DNA of 64,000 nucleotides from Octopus sinensis (taxonomy: Eukaryota): positions 109,120,001-109,184,000 of the forward strand of contig NC_043000.1 in assembly GCF_006345805.1 (NCBI RefSeq), given 5' to 3'. The notes below the pieces were generated by a model. That model searched no databases, was not told where the DNA came from, and saw only the letters and a program-made list of their open reading frames with translations. The position numbers were made by a program, and so were the translations under genes. This document shows, one piece after another, positions 1 to 11,483 of the stretch (its first letter is position 1; each line of letters begins with the position of its first letter).

Positions 1-408
1 ATGTATGTATGTAAGTATACACACACACGCAATACACAGGCACATATATATATATTATATATAGCGTGTGGTGTTTGCAGGAAGGTATTCTAGCATGATC
101 ACCAAGCAGTGATTAAAAGTACATCAGTGTGTTTATCTTTCACGTACGAAGGCCTAAAGTAATTTCGGCTCATTAATATCGACTTTGTTTTATATACACG
201 AGCATTATGGCGTGTGTGTATATATTACCTATACATGCTTATATACATTTACGTAAATATACGTAAATATTCATTCAGCGACCCCTCACACTCTTACAGA
301 CAACTTAACTGTCACCCTCTCACTCTCTCTCTCACTCTCTCTTTCTCCACACATATACGAGAAGCCTGTTCACGCAGGTATACACACATGCACACACACA
401 AACAAACA

Positions 409-493
<85 letters not shown>

Positions 494-699
494 TACACAC
501 GCACGTACATAAAAATGTTCATATCTTATATCTTCTCCTGATACTGTGTCGGCTGAGATCTCCGTTGACAAGACGCTGATAGTAAATACTCAATAATATT
601 GCAAGTTAGTCGCCTCGGTTACCTAAAGCTATTGGATTTGTTTTGTGTATGGAACGCACTGGCTGTTTGTTTTTCTGGATTCACCAGAGTGATGTAGGC

Positions 700-745
700 A
701 ACACTGAAGAGAGATTAATAAGGCTCGAAAATCGATTTACGCTTT
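700..745 (+). ncRNA. Hammerhead ribozyme-like motif (degenerate stem I), unit 1
   Basis: CTGAAGA-GAG..CTC-GAAA-ATCGAT-TT; helix III palindrome AATCGATT; proximal stem I does not pair. Confidence 0.45.
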
Positions 746-1034
746 TCATCTTTCTATTTTAGTCAATGGAGAAATTGTTAAATTTGCTATGTTTGTATGT
801 CCACTACGTATATATATATATATATATATTACACACGCACGTACATAAAAATGTTCATATCTTATATCTTCTCCTGATACTGTGTCGGCTGAGATCTCCG
901 TTGACAGACGCTGATAGTAAATACTCAATAATATTGCAAGTTAGTCGCCTCGGTTACCTAAAGCTATTGGATTTGTTTTGTGTATGGAACGCACTGGCTG
1001 TTTGTTTTTCTGGATTCACCAGAGTGATGTAGGC

Positions 1035-1080
1035 AACACTGAAGAGAGATTAATAAGGCTCGAAAATCGATTTACGCTTT
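1035..1080 (+). ncRNA. Hammerhead ribozyme-like motif (degenerate stem I), unit 2
   Basis: Identical to the motif at 700-745. Confidence 0.45.
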
Positions 1081-1315
1081 TCATCTTTCTATTTTAGTCA
1101 ATGGAGAAATTGTTAAATTTGCTATGTTTGTATGTCCACTACGTATATATATATATATATATACGTAGTGGACATACAAACATTAACTCATTTAATATCA
1201 AACTCATTTAATATCAAATCAGTGTCGAATCAGTGATGGCAAATTGATGGCGCTAGAACGGCTGGGCCAAACATCTCAGACCCATTTTAGAGGTCTCTAT
1301 TGATAGAAGTATACT

Positions 1316-1712
1316 TTTCTACTCTAGGCACAAGGCCCGAATTTTAGGGGGAGGGAACAAGTCGATTAGATCGACTCCAGTACGCAACTCGTACGTAATT
1401 TATCGATCCCGAAAGGATGAAAGGCAAAGTCGACCTCGGCGGAATTTGAACTCAGAACGTAAAGACAGACGAAATACCTATTTCTTTACTAACCACAAGG
1501 GGCTAAACACAGAGAGAACAAGCAAGGACAGACAAACGGATTAAGTCGATTATATCGACCCCAGTGCATAACTGGTACTTAATTTATCGAACCCGAAAGG
1601 ATGAAAAGCAAAGTCGACCTCGGCGGAATTTGAACTCAGAACATAAAGACAGACGAAATACTGCTAAGCATTTCGCCTGGCGTGCTAGCGTTTCTACCGG
1701 CTCGCCGCCTTG
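1316..1712 (-). mobile_element. tRNA-derived SINE with Nin/Deu-like central domain, internally dimeric
   Basis: Minus strand has B-box GAGTTCAAATTCC followed by GCCTTTCATCCTTTCGGG.TCGATAAATTA...AC twice; same family at 20884, 28489 and 58917. Confidence 0.8.
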
Positions 1713-1789
1713 TATTAGTAGAAGCATTGCGGATGAGATCTGAAATATCCTGGTTTTGTGAAGTGCGTTGTCTTTTATTTAGAAGTGTG

Positions 1790-2040
1790 CTTATGTCTTA
1801 GTGATTAGGACGACGATGCACTCGCGACCACAAGATTGAGATTTCGATTCCCGCACCGGGTGGTTCGTCTTGTTCTTGAACAAAACACTTCATTTCACAT
1901 TGCTCCAGTCCACTCAGCTGTAAATGTGTAACCATCCTGTTCCAGACAGCCTTCCCGTTCCGTAAATGTGATCGCGCTCCGTTTTTCGCCATGGAATCCC
2001 GATAACCGACCCTATAATTCCTAGGGCTTGAGAAAGACTC
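1790..2040 (+). mobile_element. Degenerate tRNA-derived SINE
   Basis: tRNA-like head (CTCGCG loop, TTCGATTCC B-box), then CTTGAACAAAACACTT...GCTCCAGTCCACTCAGCTG; tail resembles the SINE at 45131. Confidence 0.6.
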
Positions 2041-2548
2041 ACGTTTTTATGTTTGATATAAAAGTACGTACGTAAAGTGAGTTAAAGTACACAAAAAGAA
2101 GGGCAACGTTGCAAAATATAAAGCTCGGTAACTTTTGGGGAGGGTGGGGTAGGCTAACGTTTTCTACAACTCAGTGCAGCACCCAAACACTCGCTAGGGT
2201 TTTTATAACTTTAGCTGAGGTCATTCTTTAAGAAGCATTTGGAACATGTCACCAGTGTGAGAGAAAACATTCGCCCGTGTTTCTAAAACCATAAGAATGT
2301 TCATTGGCGCTACACTTCTTCCACTGACCGAACCACAAAATAACCGTTACTGTAAGGCAGATTGTGAAAGTCTCTGTGGATAAATGCTGTGATTCAGAGA
2401 TGAAAGGCTGAAGATTGTAACAGCCGGGCACAACAATATTTTTTTCAAAGATGTTTCCATGGGCGTCTGGCTTAATTACAAATGGAATCTAATAAACCAG
2501 ATTGCTGATAAATATTTCTGTCTTTTCTCTTCCCTCCCAACCACCGCT

Positions 2549-2720
2549 TACTTCAGTCATTAGACTATGGCCATGCTGGGGCACCGCCTTCAAGAGCGTA
2601 GTTGCAGTATTTGGACTCAGTACTTATTTTAAGCTTGATAGTTATGCAACGAGTGCCTTTTGTCGAACAACTAAGTTACGTGAACATATACAAACCAACA
2701 CAGTTGCCAAGCGATGGTGA
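2549..2720 (-). mobile_element. SINE 3' fragment (family containing GGCCATGCTGG.GCACC)
   Basis: Same motif string recurs at 15720, 18930, 20010, 40120 and 41100. Confidence 0.6.
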
Positions 2721-3322
2721 AGAACAAACATACATACTGACACACAACACACACACACATGTGTGTGTATATATACGTGTGTGTGCGTGTGTATGTGTAT
2801 ATAAATATATGTTTGTGTGTGTATGTATGTGCGCGTATCTACTGTACACACGTGTGTATAATGAGTGAACGTAAATGATCGTTTGATGTTTGATGTCCGT
2901 GGTCGGTGAACTTCGTGACATGTCGCCTTTAACCAAGAATATATCTGCCAAGACTTTGATGACATTTTAATTACAAAACATGGCAATGCTATGTCTTCTG
3001 ATTCCTAGATTATTCAGGATTATTGTAAAGCCATAAATTTATTTAGATAAGTGAACTTAGAATGTATATTTATATGATCACCCTGTTTCTCATTTGCCTG
3101 CTTTAAAGCATACCTTTAATTATCCAATATATTCAAGTTTAAAACTTAAATGAGGTGTTGGTCCAACGAATGTTGACTATCTCCAGGTCGACGCTCAGAA
3201 TTTTACCTGTTTAAATTTTACCTGATGGTGGTGGATTATATTTTATGATATAATCTTTTATCACACAATATTAAATAAAAGTCTAACGAAACACCTGTCG
3301 TAAATTTTAAATGCTATTTGTG

Positions 3323-3360
<38 letters not shown>

Positions 3361-3403
3361 AAACAAGTCAAAATAGAAAATGCTAAAATAATTTTATAAA
3401 GAA

Positions 3404-3450
3404 CATTTCAGTACCGGTTTCGGTCATTTTGAGACCTTTTCAACTGTAAC
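3404..3450 (-). ncRNA. Minimal type I hammerhead ribozyme, U3-A8 core variant
   Basis: Minus strand: cag TTGAAAA GGTC tcaaaat GACC GAAA CCGG TA ctg; stems I and II pair, helix III is palindrome ACCGGT, GUA triplet. Confidence 0.8.
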
Positions 3451-3794
3451 GATTAAATAATTAAATTTAGAAAAATTAGAAGAAAAGTTTTTTTAAAGGA
3501 ATATTTGTATAGTGTTCAAATATAAGTGGCATTCTGCCTTTCTCTGTCTCCCTTGTTTGCACTTGTGTGTTCGAAGTCGTTGTGAATTCTTGGTAGGGTA
3601 GAAGAAGAAGGCTGATGAGGAGAGGGGGTGGGAAAATCTGGGAGTGCCTTGATGGTCGTATTTTGAATGGTCAGTGGCGGCTAGCAGTCGCAGTTCAATT
3701 CAGGAGAATATTTCTATTGAAAGGTTTGTTTATGGAATTTGCGTAGGTGTTATACTAAAAAGCATTAGTGATAAAGTTAAGAGGTAGAAGGTGG

Positions 3795-3990
3795 AGAAGA
3801 AGAAGAAGAAGAAGAAGAAGAAGAAGAAGAAGAAGATGACGATGTTGATGATGATGATGATGACGATGAAGAAGAAGAAGAAGAAGAAGAAGAAGGAGAA
3901 GGAGAAGAAGAAGATGATGGTGATGGTGATGATGATGACGACGATGATGATGATGATGATGATGATGAAGAAGAAGAGGAAGAAGAAGAA
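3795..3990. repeat. Compound (GAA)n/(GAT)n microsatellite inside the PLE 3' UTR
   Basis: Direct reading. Confidence 0.95.
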
Positions 3991-4151
3991 AAAAGAGAAG
4001 GGAGAATATGAATGGGTGAAAGTAGTGAGGTGTTGTATGACTTGAAGTTGGCATGTTATGGATTATAGCTGTGATTGGGGCTGATTTGTAATGGATTCTT
4101 TGGAATGTAATATTTGTGTCTGTATTTCTTTTATTCTAAAGTTGAGGTATA

Positions 4152-6194
4152 TTAATCGTTTGTCGTAGACCCGTTAAGAAGTGGCTTGTATTTTGTAATA
4201 AAGAGAGTTTCTTTACTTATTCGTTGTTTCGAGGTTGTATCGTCCCTAAATTGGTAGAGGGGGAAAATCCTGAAGCCTGGTGTTTTGTTGTTGGCGTAAG
4301 TATCTATGTGTTGGCTGAAAGCTATTTTTCTGTTTTGGGGAATTTTTATCTGGGATCTGTGCAGGGCCATTCTTTTACGCAAACTATTTTTTGTTTGGCC
4401 TATGTACTGCTCTTGACACCCGGAGCAGGTTAGTGAGTATATTAGGTTCTCCGAAGCACATGTGAAGTTGCTTTTCACTGTAAATCGTTGTCCCTGTTTG
4501 AAGGAGAACTCTGATCCCTCAATTAGATAATCGCATATCCCGCAATTGGGTCTTCCACATTTTTTTACTGCCGGCTTCTGTGTTGAAGAGTGAATTCGGG
4601 CTTGTGTTAGGAGACTTTTCATAGATTTAGGCTGTCTCTTGCTTTTTATGATCGTGTGTGTTTGGAGGATTGTGTTCATTCTGTGGTCTTTTTTTAGGAG
4701 GGGTATGTTGTGGAGGATGGTGCCGAAGGCTTCGTTATTGAGAGGGTTGTGTGTGGAGATGTATGGTAAGGCTTTTGGTCGTAAGTTTTTCTTTGATTTG
4801 GGATGTCTCAGTTCCTTGATGTTAAGTTGAAGGGCACGTTGAATGCACTTGTCAATAAGTGAAGGTGGATAGTTCCTGGTGATAAGGGTATCTTTTAGTT
4901 CTTGTAGTCGTGTGTCTCTGGTGTTTGCATTAGAGACTATAGTGCATATCCTTTTTGCTAGATTGAAGGGGATATTCATCCTGGTGTGTCTGGGGTGGCA
5001 TGAATTGAATGGAAGATATTGCTTAGAATCTGTAGGCTTATAATATATGTCTGTTTCTATTACATTATTAGCTTTCTTAATGAGGATATCGAGGAAGGGG
5101 AGTTGTTGCTGGCTATATTCCATCGTGAATTGGATGTTTACGTCCAGTCCGTTTAAAATTTCTTGGAATTCTGAGTTTTTCTATATTTTTATGCCAAAGA
5201 ATGAAACAGTCATCTAGATATCTCTTCCAGTTGTTTTCTATGTAGATGGAGAAAGGGCTGCCATATCTTTCTAGAATCTTACGATACAGACTGATCTCTA
5301 GGTATCCTATGACTAGGTTGGCAAAGGAGGGGCCCATTCGTGTACCCATCGCAGTCCCCGATTTTTGTCGGTAGAAGTTGTCATTGAAGGCGAAGAAGTT
5401 ATTTTCCAGGATGAATTTAACCCCTTCTATCACGAATTCTTTTTTGATGCGATGTGGTAGTTCGTTGGCGTGATTCTCTAGCCAGAATTGGATTGCCTCT
5501 AGTCCTAGGTTGTGGGGGATATTGGAGTAGAGGTTGACAACATCGAAGGATACCAGTATGGTGTTTTTGTTTATTGTATTCGGTAGGTGATTGAGCATAT
5601 CCAAGTCGTCCCTTATATAGCTTTTGACATGTTTGAGGAGTGGTTTTAACAGGGTGTCTAAAAAGTTACTGAGGCGTTGGGTTTCGCATGCGGGACCTGC
5701 TATTATGGGTCTCAATTTGAGGTCATTAGGATTAGGGACTTTAATTATTTTGTCTGTAGCTATCTTGCATGCGTTGCTTATTTTCTCACTTTTGTGTATC
5801 TTAGGTATACCGTAGAATTGGCTGGTTTTACTTGTGAAATTGGTCATATAATCATATTCTTTGTCGGCGAGCCCTTCTTTGTATGGGTTTAACATGGATT
5901 TTAGTTCCCTCATTATTTTTTGTTGACTGTAGTTTTGTGCCTTTTCATAGTATGTTGTGTCTTCCAGCATAGATAGTACCAAAGTTATGTAAAATATCGT
6001 ATCCATTAAGACAACAGCACTCCCTTTATCGGCCTCTTTGATTGTTATTGTTTTATCTTGTTTTAATTTGTTCAACTCAGCCCATTCTTTTTTGCTGAAG
6101 TTTGGTTTGTGTTTTTGTTTGTGCATATGTTGATATGGGTAATTTGATATGTGGTCACAGAAATCATCAAGTGTTTTGTTCTTACCTTTAGAGG

Positions 6195-6200
<6 letters not shown>
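4152..6200 (-). pseudogene. PLE reverse transcriptase + GIY-YIG endonuclease, one frameshift near 5170
   Basis: KEADKG, LRPIIAG, SFDVVNLYSNIP, GTAMGT, WKRYLDD, LPFLD, DIYYKPT, HP motif, CxxxxCxxC linker, NLIYSLTC..CQEQYIGQT. Confidence 0.92.
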
Positions 6201-6256
<56 letters not shown>

Positions 6257-6310
6257 CGGAGATGTACTTGCATAGCAAGTGACCTGATCTACGATCGTAT
6301 GCTAAAACAT

Positions 6311-6608
6311 AAACAATTGTAGCGTGGTAGGTGTTTATAAGTCATTTAAAACATTTTTTTAAAAACTGTTAGAATCCCTTCAAAATTAAAATTTAATTTG
6401 TTTAAATATTTTCGTGTCGCTTTGAGACAGCGACTTGTTCACTGACAAAACTCCGTGCTGCATCTCACGCAATTTTGTCAGTGAACAGGTCGCGGTCTCA
6501 AAGCGACGAAAATATTTTGACAAATTAAATTTAAATTTTGAAGTGAATCTAACGGTTCTTGTGTGTTTTTAAATGACTTATAAACACATTGCACGCTGCA
6601 ATTGTTAT
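6311..6608. repeat. Imperfect inverted repeat (~140-bp arms, ~22-bp spacer) between TA arrays; inverted pLTR-like unit
   Basis: GTGTTTATAAGTCATTTAAAA...GTTCACTGACAAAA is mirrored by TTTTGTCAGTGAAC...TTTTAAATGACTTATAAACAC. Confidence 0.85.
6474..6524 (+). ncRNA. Minimal type I hammerhead ribozyme, G3-C8 core variant
   Basis: TTTGTCA GTGAACA g GTCGC ggtctcaaa GCGAC GAAA ATAT TT TGACAAA; 7-bp stem I, 5-bp stem II, palindromic helix III AATATT. Confidence 0.7.
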
Positions 6609-6612
6609 ATTG

Positions 6613-6678
<66 letters not shown>

Positions 6679-7780
6679 TTTCCACACAGTTACTATCTGC
6701 CTGCTTCAGTTACAAGGCTTTGCGTCAGCCCGCGATTAGAGCAGGAGACACTTGCACAAGGTGCCAGCACCTCTTATAGAGCCGATCTGTTATTATTTGC
6801 AGCGGTAAGTGGTACCATTCAGCGTCGTCTATTTAACATTGGACGAACAATATCCATTTATGTAGTGCAGAGTATAAGAGACTCGGTAGTTTTTTTTTTT
6901 CGTTTTTTTTTTTCTTTTCGACAAGGCACCCAGTTCGGTCCCAAGGTCAAGGCCAGTCCAGTACATTTTCAATTCAGCTATCTTTGTTCTTAATCAAGAT
7001 TTAATCTGTTCAAGATGCTGAAAATGAATAGCAACGTTTGGGGAAAATATAATAAATGTGATAAGTAGCAAAAGTTATTTCCTAGGTAACGCCACACAAA
7101 ATTATACATCATAGATTCAGCTGTGCGCGCCTGTGTGAGGGAGTGTGGTGAGGACGATCTATATTTGTCTTTATGACCATTAAAAGTGTCTATTTTTATA
7201 CCTAGGTTCTTGACCACATTTGGCAGCAAGCCAAATGGCTACCTTATTGTAACTCATACATACATACATGCATACATACATTCATAATGCATACATGCAC
7301 ACATACACATACACATACACACATATACACATTCATACATATGCTTGCACACGTATTTCGGATATACATATATACTTGTCTGTGTATAACTCTGACTGTA
7401 TGTATGTGTGTATGTATGTATGTGTATATATATACATACATATACATAATTTACATGGGTATGAGTAAGCATTTCACTTATATCTCACGTATTTATCGCT
7501 TGAAGAGGGGAAAATTCTTATGAATTAACCCCGAAATTGGGACCTATACGGTAATAACGGATTTTTTAGAAATTTCTATCGGTTTTTTCGAGACGCATAA
7601 ATTATAATGGTTATTGACAATTTTGTCTTTTTTTCGGCATATTTGGCATTAGAATTTTTCTTTTGCCCTTATTTTGTAAATTATTTATAAATTTAACCTT
7701 TAATGGTATTTTTTGATATGATAAAATTTTTTCTCGAAAAAAAAAAATTTATCCTACATTAGTTATAGTACTTACATATA

Positions 7781-8176
7781 TCTTTATATATAAAAGTAAG
7801 GTTGTGTGTCTGTCTCCAACGATTTAGATTCCTAACTACTCCCAGATTTTGCGGTGCAGTTTAACCAAAACCGGGTATCTTATAGTCGTGATTCATATCG
7901 AGCCCTTCTGGGTATTAGCGCGCGTCTACGATGAGTCTACGATTAAAAAAAAATTTACCATCATTTTTTTCGATTTTAATGCATTTTTTCGCTATTAAAT
8001 AAGGGAAGTAACTCTCTAAAAATGCCTACGATGAGTCAACGATTAAAAAAAAATTTACCATCATTTTTTTTACATTTTTAATGCATTTTTTTGCTATTTT
8101 TTGGCTATAACTCTCTAAAAATGCTTATATAGTTATTTCCCTTACAAACCCGAGCAACGCCGGGCGATACTGCTAG
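7781..8176 (+). mobile_element. Non-autonomous Helitron-like element
   Basis: Starts A|TC, ends CTAG|T, subterminal hairpin CCCG-AGCAACGC-CGGG; internal tandem duplication of CTACGATGAGTC..CGATTAAAAAAAAATTTACC. Confidence 0.8.
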
Positions 8177-8202
8177 TATACATATATATAAATACACACA
8201 TG

Positions 8203-8236
<34 letters not shown>

Positions 8237-8526
8237 CATACATACATGCCTGCGTGTGTGTGTGTGTGTGGTGATCTGACCTGTTGTAAACAACAGATGA
8301 AGGTTTCGAAACTTGGTATCTTTTCTTTCATCTTGAGATGAGCGTTGGTTGGGTTCGATCGTGTTGATGTCCCTTTTTAAATTGTCAGTCAGTGTCTGCT
8401 GGAGAGTCACAGTTTGTATGGCAATCGGGTGTCTTATTCAAATGCTTACAACAGACTGAAACCAGCTAAATGCACTACCGAATTGTTAGCAGTGCTGAAT
8501 ATGGTGGCGTGTCACCCTTGAGGCTA

Positions 8527-8541
8527 ATGTATGTATGTATG

Positions 8542-8575
<34 letters not shown>

Positions 8576-8748
8576 TGTATGTATGTATGTATGTATGTAT
8601 GTATGTATGTATGTATGTATGCATGCATGCATGTATGTATGTATGTATGTATGCATGCCTGCATGTATGTATGTATGTATGGATGGATGGATGGGTGGAT
8701 GGATGGATGGATGGATGGATGGATGGGATGCATGGATGGATGGATGAT
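8527..8748. repeat. (ATGT)n/(ATGG)n tetranucleotide microsatellite
   Basis: Direct reading. Confidence 0.95.
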
Positions 8749-9043
8749 GGGCGTACTTTCTCCCTTTCTGGTTTTGAGAGCCCTTATTTCTCAAGAATGG
8801 TGCTGAGGCAGCGTGTTTACATATCCTAGTATCAAATAACAACGGGTTTAAACTTGAACTTGTTATCCGGGTGGGGTAGCTGTACATTTCTCGGTAGTTC
8901 CGGGTAGGTGTTTTCTTTTCGATCTGATCATTAGTTTATATGTTGTCATCCGCCGGGAAACTGGTTTCCACTGCTGTGCATAGTTTCTTATATTTTCTAT
9001 GCCAAATCAATATGTCTGGTCTATTTTGAATATTGTGTATGTA

Positions 9044-9938
9044 CGAGGTCTGATCAATAAGTATCCGGACTGTTGCCATAGTAACGATGCTAAAGCACGC
9101 AGTGGCAAGCCGCTTGGCACAGATTCACCTTGATCGCTGCTATGCATGTGCATGTGCATTAAATTTTAACGTTCTAGCTCACTTCCGCCGTTTACAACAG
9201 TGCTTCAAAGGAAGTTGTGTAGCGTGTGATCGTCGCATTGACCATGACAGAGAAAGATGTCATGGCGATACCTGCTCAGAGGCCTACGCAAACTTTCAGA
9301 AAATGTATGGAAAGGAGTGTATGATCTGTACACAAGTGTACGAGTGGTTCAGACGTTTCCAAGATAGCTGAAAAAATGTCGATATTGACAAACATTCTCG
9401 GAGACCCACAACCAGCAGAACTCAGAAAACACTACAGATGTGCGTGTAGTTGTGAGGGGAATTCGTCGAATCCCTATCCGTGAGTTATTAGAGGACATGT
9501 AGATTAGTTACAGTTCAGTTTAGTCCATTATCCCTGAAGATTCGGGTATGAGATGCGTGTCTGCCAAGTTTGTGCCAAAACTACTTTCAGCTGACCAAAA
9601 AGACACTCGGGTTTCAGTTGCACAGGATCTCCTTGATTTTGTCAAGAACGATGAAAACTTTTTGAAAACTTTGCGTAGGCCTCGGAACAAGTATCGCCAA
9701 GCTTTTGGCCAAATTTGATGCAGATTCTCTGCTCAACTTACTCTGTCACGTTCAATGCAACGATCACATGCTACACACGTTCCTTCCAAGCACTGCTGAA
9801 AACAGCGGAAGCGAGCTAGAACGTTAAAACTTAGTGCGCATGCAGTGTTGAAGGTCAGTCTGTGTCAAGCGGCGTCACTCTGATTGCTTTAGCTTCGTTA
9901 CTATAACAACAGTCGGGATACTTATTGGTCAAACCACA
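9044..9938 (+). mobile_element. Internally deleted mariner element with extended inverted arms
   Basis: TA-flanked TIRs CGAGGTCTGATCAATAAGTATCC / GGATACTTATTGGTCAAACCAC; transposase N-terminal remnant (KMYGKECMICTQVYEWFRRF, FVPK). Confidence 0.8.
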
Positions 9939-10849
9939 TATACATATACCTATGTATATATGCATGCATTTATGTACGCATGTATGTATGCATGTATAGT
10001 CTGTCTGTCTCTCTGTCGGTATGCATGCATGTATGTACGTGCGTATGCATGTATGTATGTACGTGCGTATGCATGTATGTATGTATGTATGCATGTATGT
10101 ATGTATGTATGTATGTATGTATGTATGTACATATGTATGTACGTATTCATATATTTGCGTGCATGTATGAATGTATGCATGCGTTTGTGAGTTGATACGA
10201 ACAGCCTAACTCTACGGGATTCGGTTAGACTTAAAGAGCAGAAGCTCTTCAAACACCTACCAACAGATTCTGTAATCTGAATAAAGGCAATGTTGTTGCT
10301 TTTGTGCATTGAAACATACTAAAGACTACTGGAGAGAGTTGATAAGTGTCCATGTTGAATGGGTCAGACAATCCATGCAGCACGAAGTCTGCTGAATGTA
10401 AGCCGCATCTGACTTTAAAATAGTACTTATTAGCATAATAGGGTCAAGGACAAAATCAAAAAATGATTTCCAAATAGAGAGAAAAAATACGAACCAAAAA
10501 ATGACTACTCGTTGAATACGAACAAAAATGACTACACGTTGCAACTGGCTGAAAAAAATTCTGAAGTATCAAGAAAAAAAAAACTCTATTTTCCCTCATA
10601 CATGCTAATAACAAAAATCGGTAACAAATTTTCCACACATAGACAAGATCACAGATCAAAGACACACACAAAAGATCACCCCCCCAATCTATCCATCCAT
10701 CCATCCATTTTCTCTGCACACTATTTCTGGGAGGATCGTAAGGGTAGAGTCATCAGGTACCTCTTCCTATCAGATGCATTTGTCATTACGGTTTTTGGCT
10801 GGATTCCTAAGCATAACCAACTGAAACTACGAATATTATTCAACCATCT

Positions 10850-11260
10850 CATTCTTGATCTACCCACAGATCTCCCACCGATTGGTCCGGCTTGAAGAAA
10901 CCATCCGGCGATTCTATCAAGTGGCTTTCTAATCCCATATTCATTGTATGAGTTGTGACATCTCAATACGAATAAGTAGTGGTTAGAGCTGGAGAGATTC
11001 CGTTGATCTCCGAGCCATGCATGCTGTCGAGTAACTTTACCCCCGAGATCCTTTGGAGGAACCCTATTTTGGTTGCTTGTATTCGCACTTGAATTCCTTC
11101 GGTCATCGGGTCACTACCCCAATATGTGAGGATAGAAACGAAAACTGAACTGATCATACCAAGTTTGGATGTTTTCTTTTTACCAAAGCAAAGGATTGCG
11201 TAATCTGAAGACACTTGTTTGAATATGACACAAGAAAATGGTATAAAACTCGAGGATCAG
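10850..11260 (-). mobile_element. RTE-clade (Rex3/Expander-like) LINE C-terminal remnant
   Basis: SVFVSILTYW..MTEGIQVRIQATKIGFLQRISG matches the RTE post-RT motif LTYG.E.W.MTE...RIQA.EM.FLRR. Confidence 0.6.
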
Positions 11261-11447
11261 AGATCGCATCTTTTAGGAAATGACTGAGAATCATTTAAAG
11301 AAGGGTTTTGCATTAAATAATCTAAAAAATCCTGTGACTCTGTAAGAGAACTCTTCATAGACACTGGCATGACTGTGTGGCAAAAAGCTTCTCAAAACAA
11401 ATGCTTTTAGTCCCCACTACATGGCACTTTGCTTGGGCACTGACTTA

Positions 11448-11483
<36 letters not shown>

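Larger units (their letters stand above)
493..1143 (+). repeat. Near-perfect tandem duplication of a ~336-bp unit separated by (TA)n; each unit carries an HHR-like core (pLTR/retrozyme-like)
   Basis: TTACACACGCACGTACATAAAAATG...GTCCACTACG occurs at 493-808 and 829-1143; the only difference seen is GACAAGACG vs GACAGACG. Confidence 0.9.
3357..6200 (-). mobile_element. Penelope-like retroelement (Neptune-type), 5'-truncated, flanked by (TA)n at both ends
   Basis: RT + GIY-YIG coding region, long 3' UTR ending in an HHR, termini abutting TA arrays at 3324-3356 and 6200-6252. Confidence 0.9.

Noticed and set aside
3755-4054. Poly-K/M and poly-H/L ORFs
   Set aside because: GAA/GAT microsatellite within the PLE 3' UTR.
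6200-6273. N-terminus MQVHLRNIYIY... of the 386-aa RT ORF
   Set aside because: Read-through of the flanking TA array; the element is 5'-truncated at ~6200.
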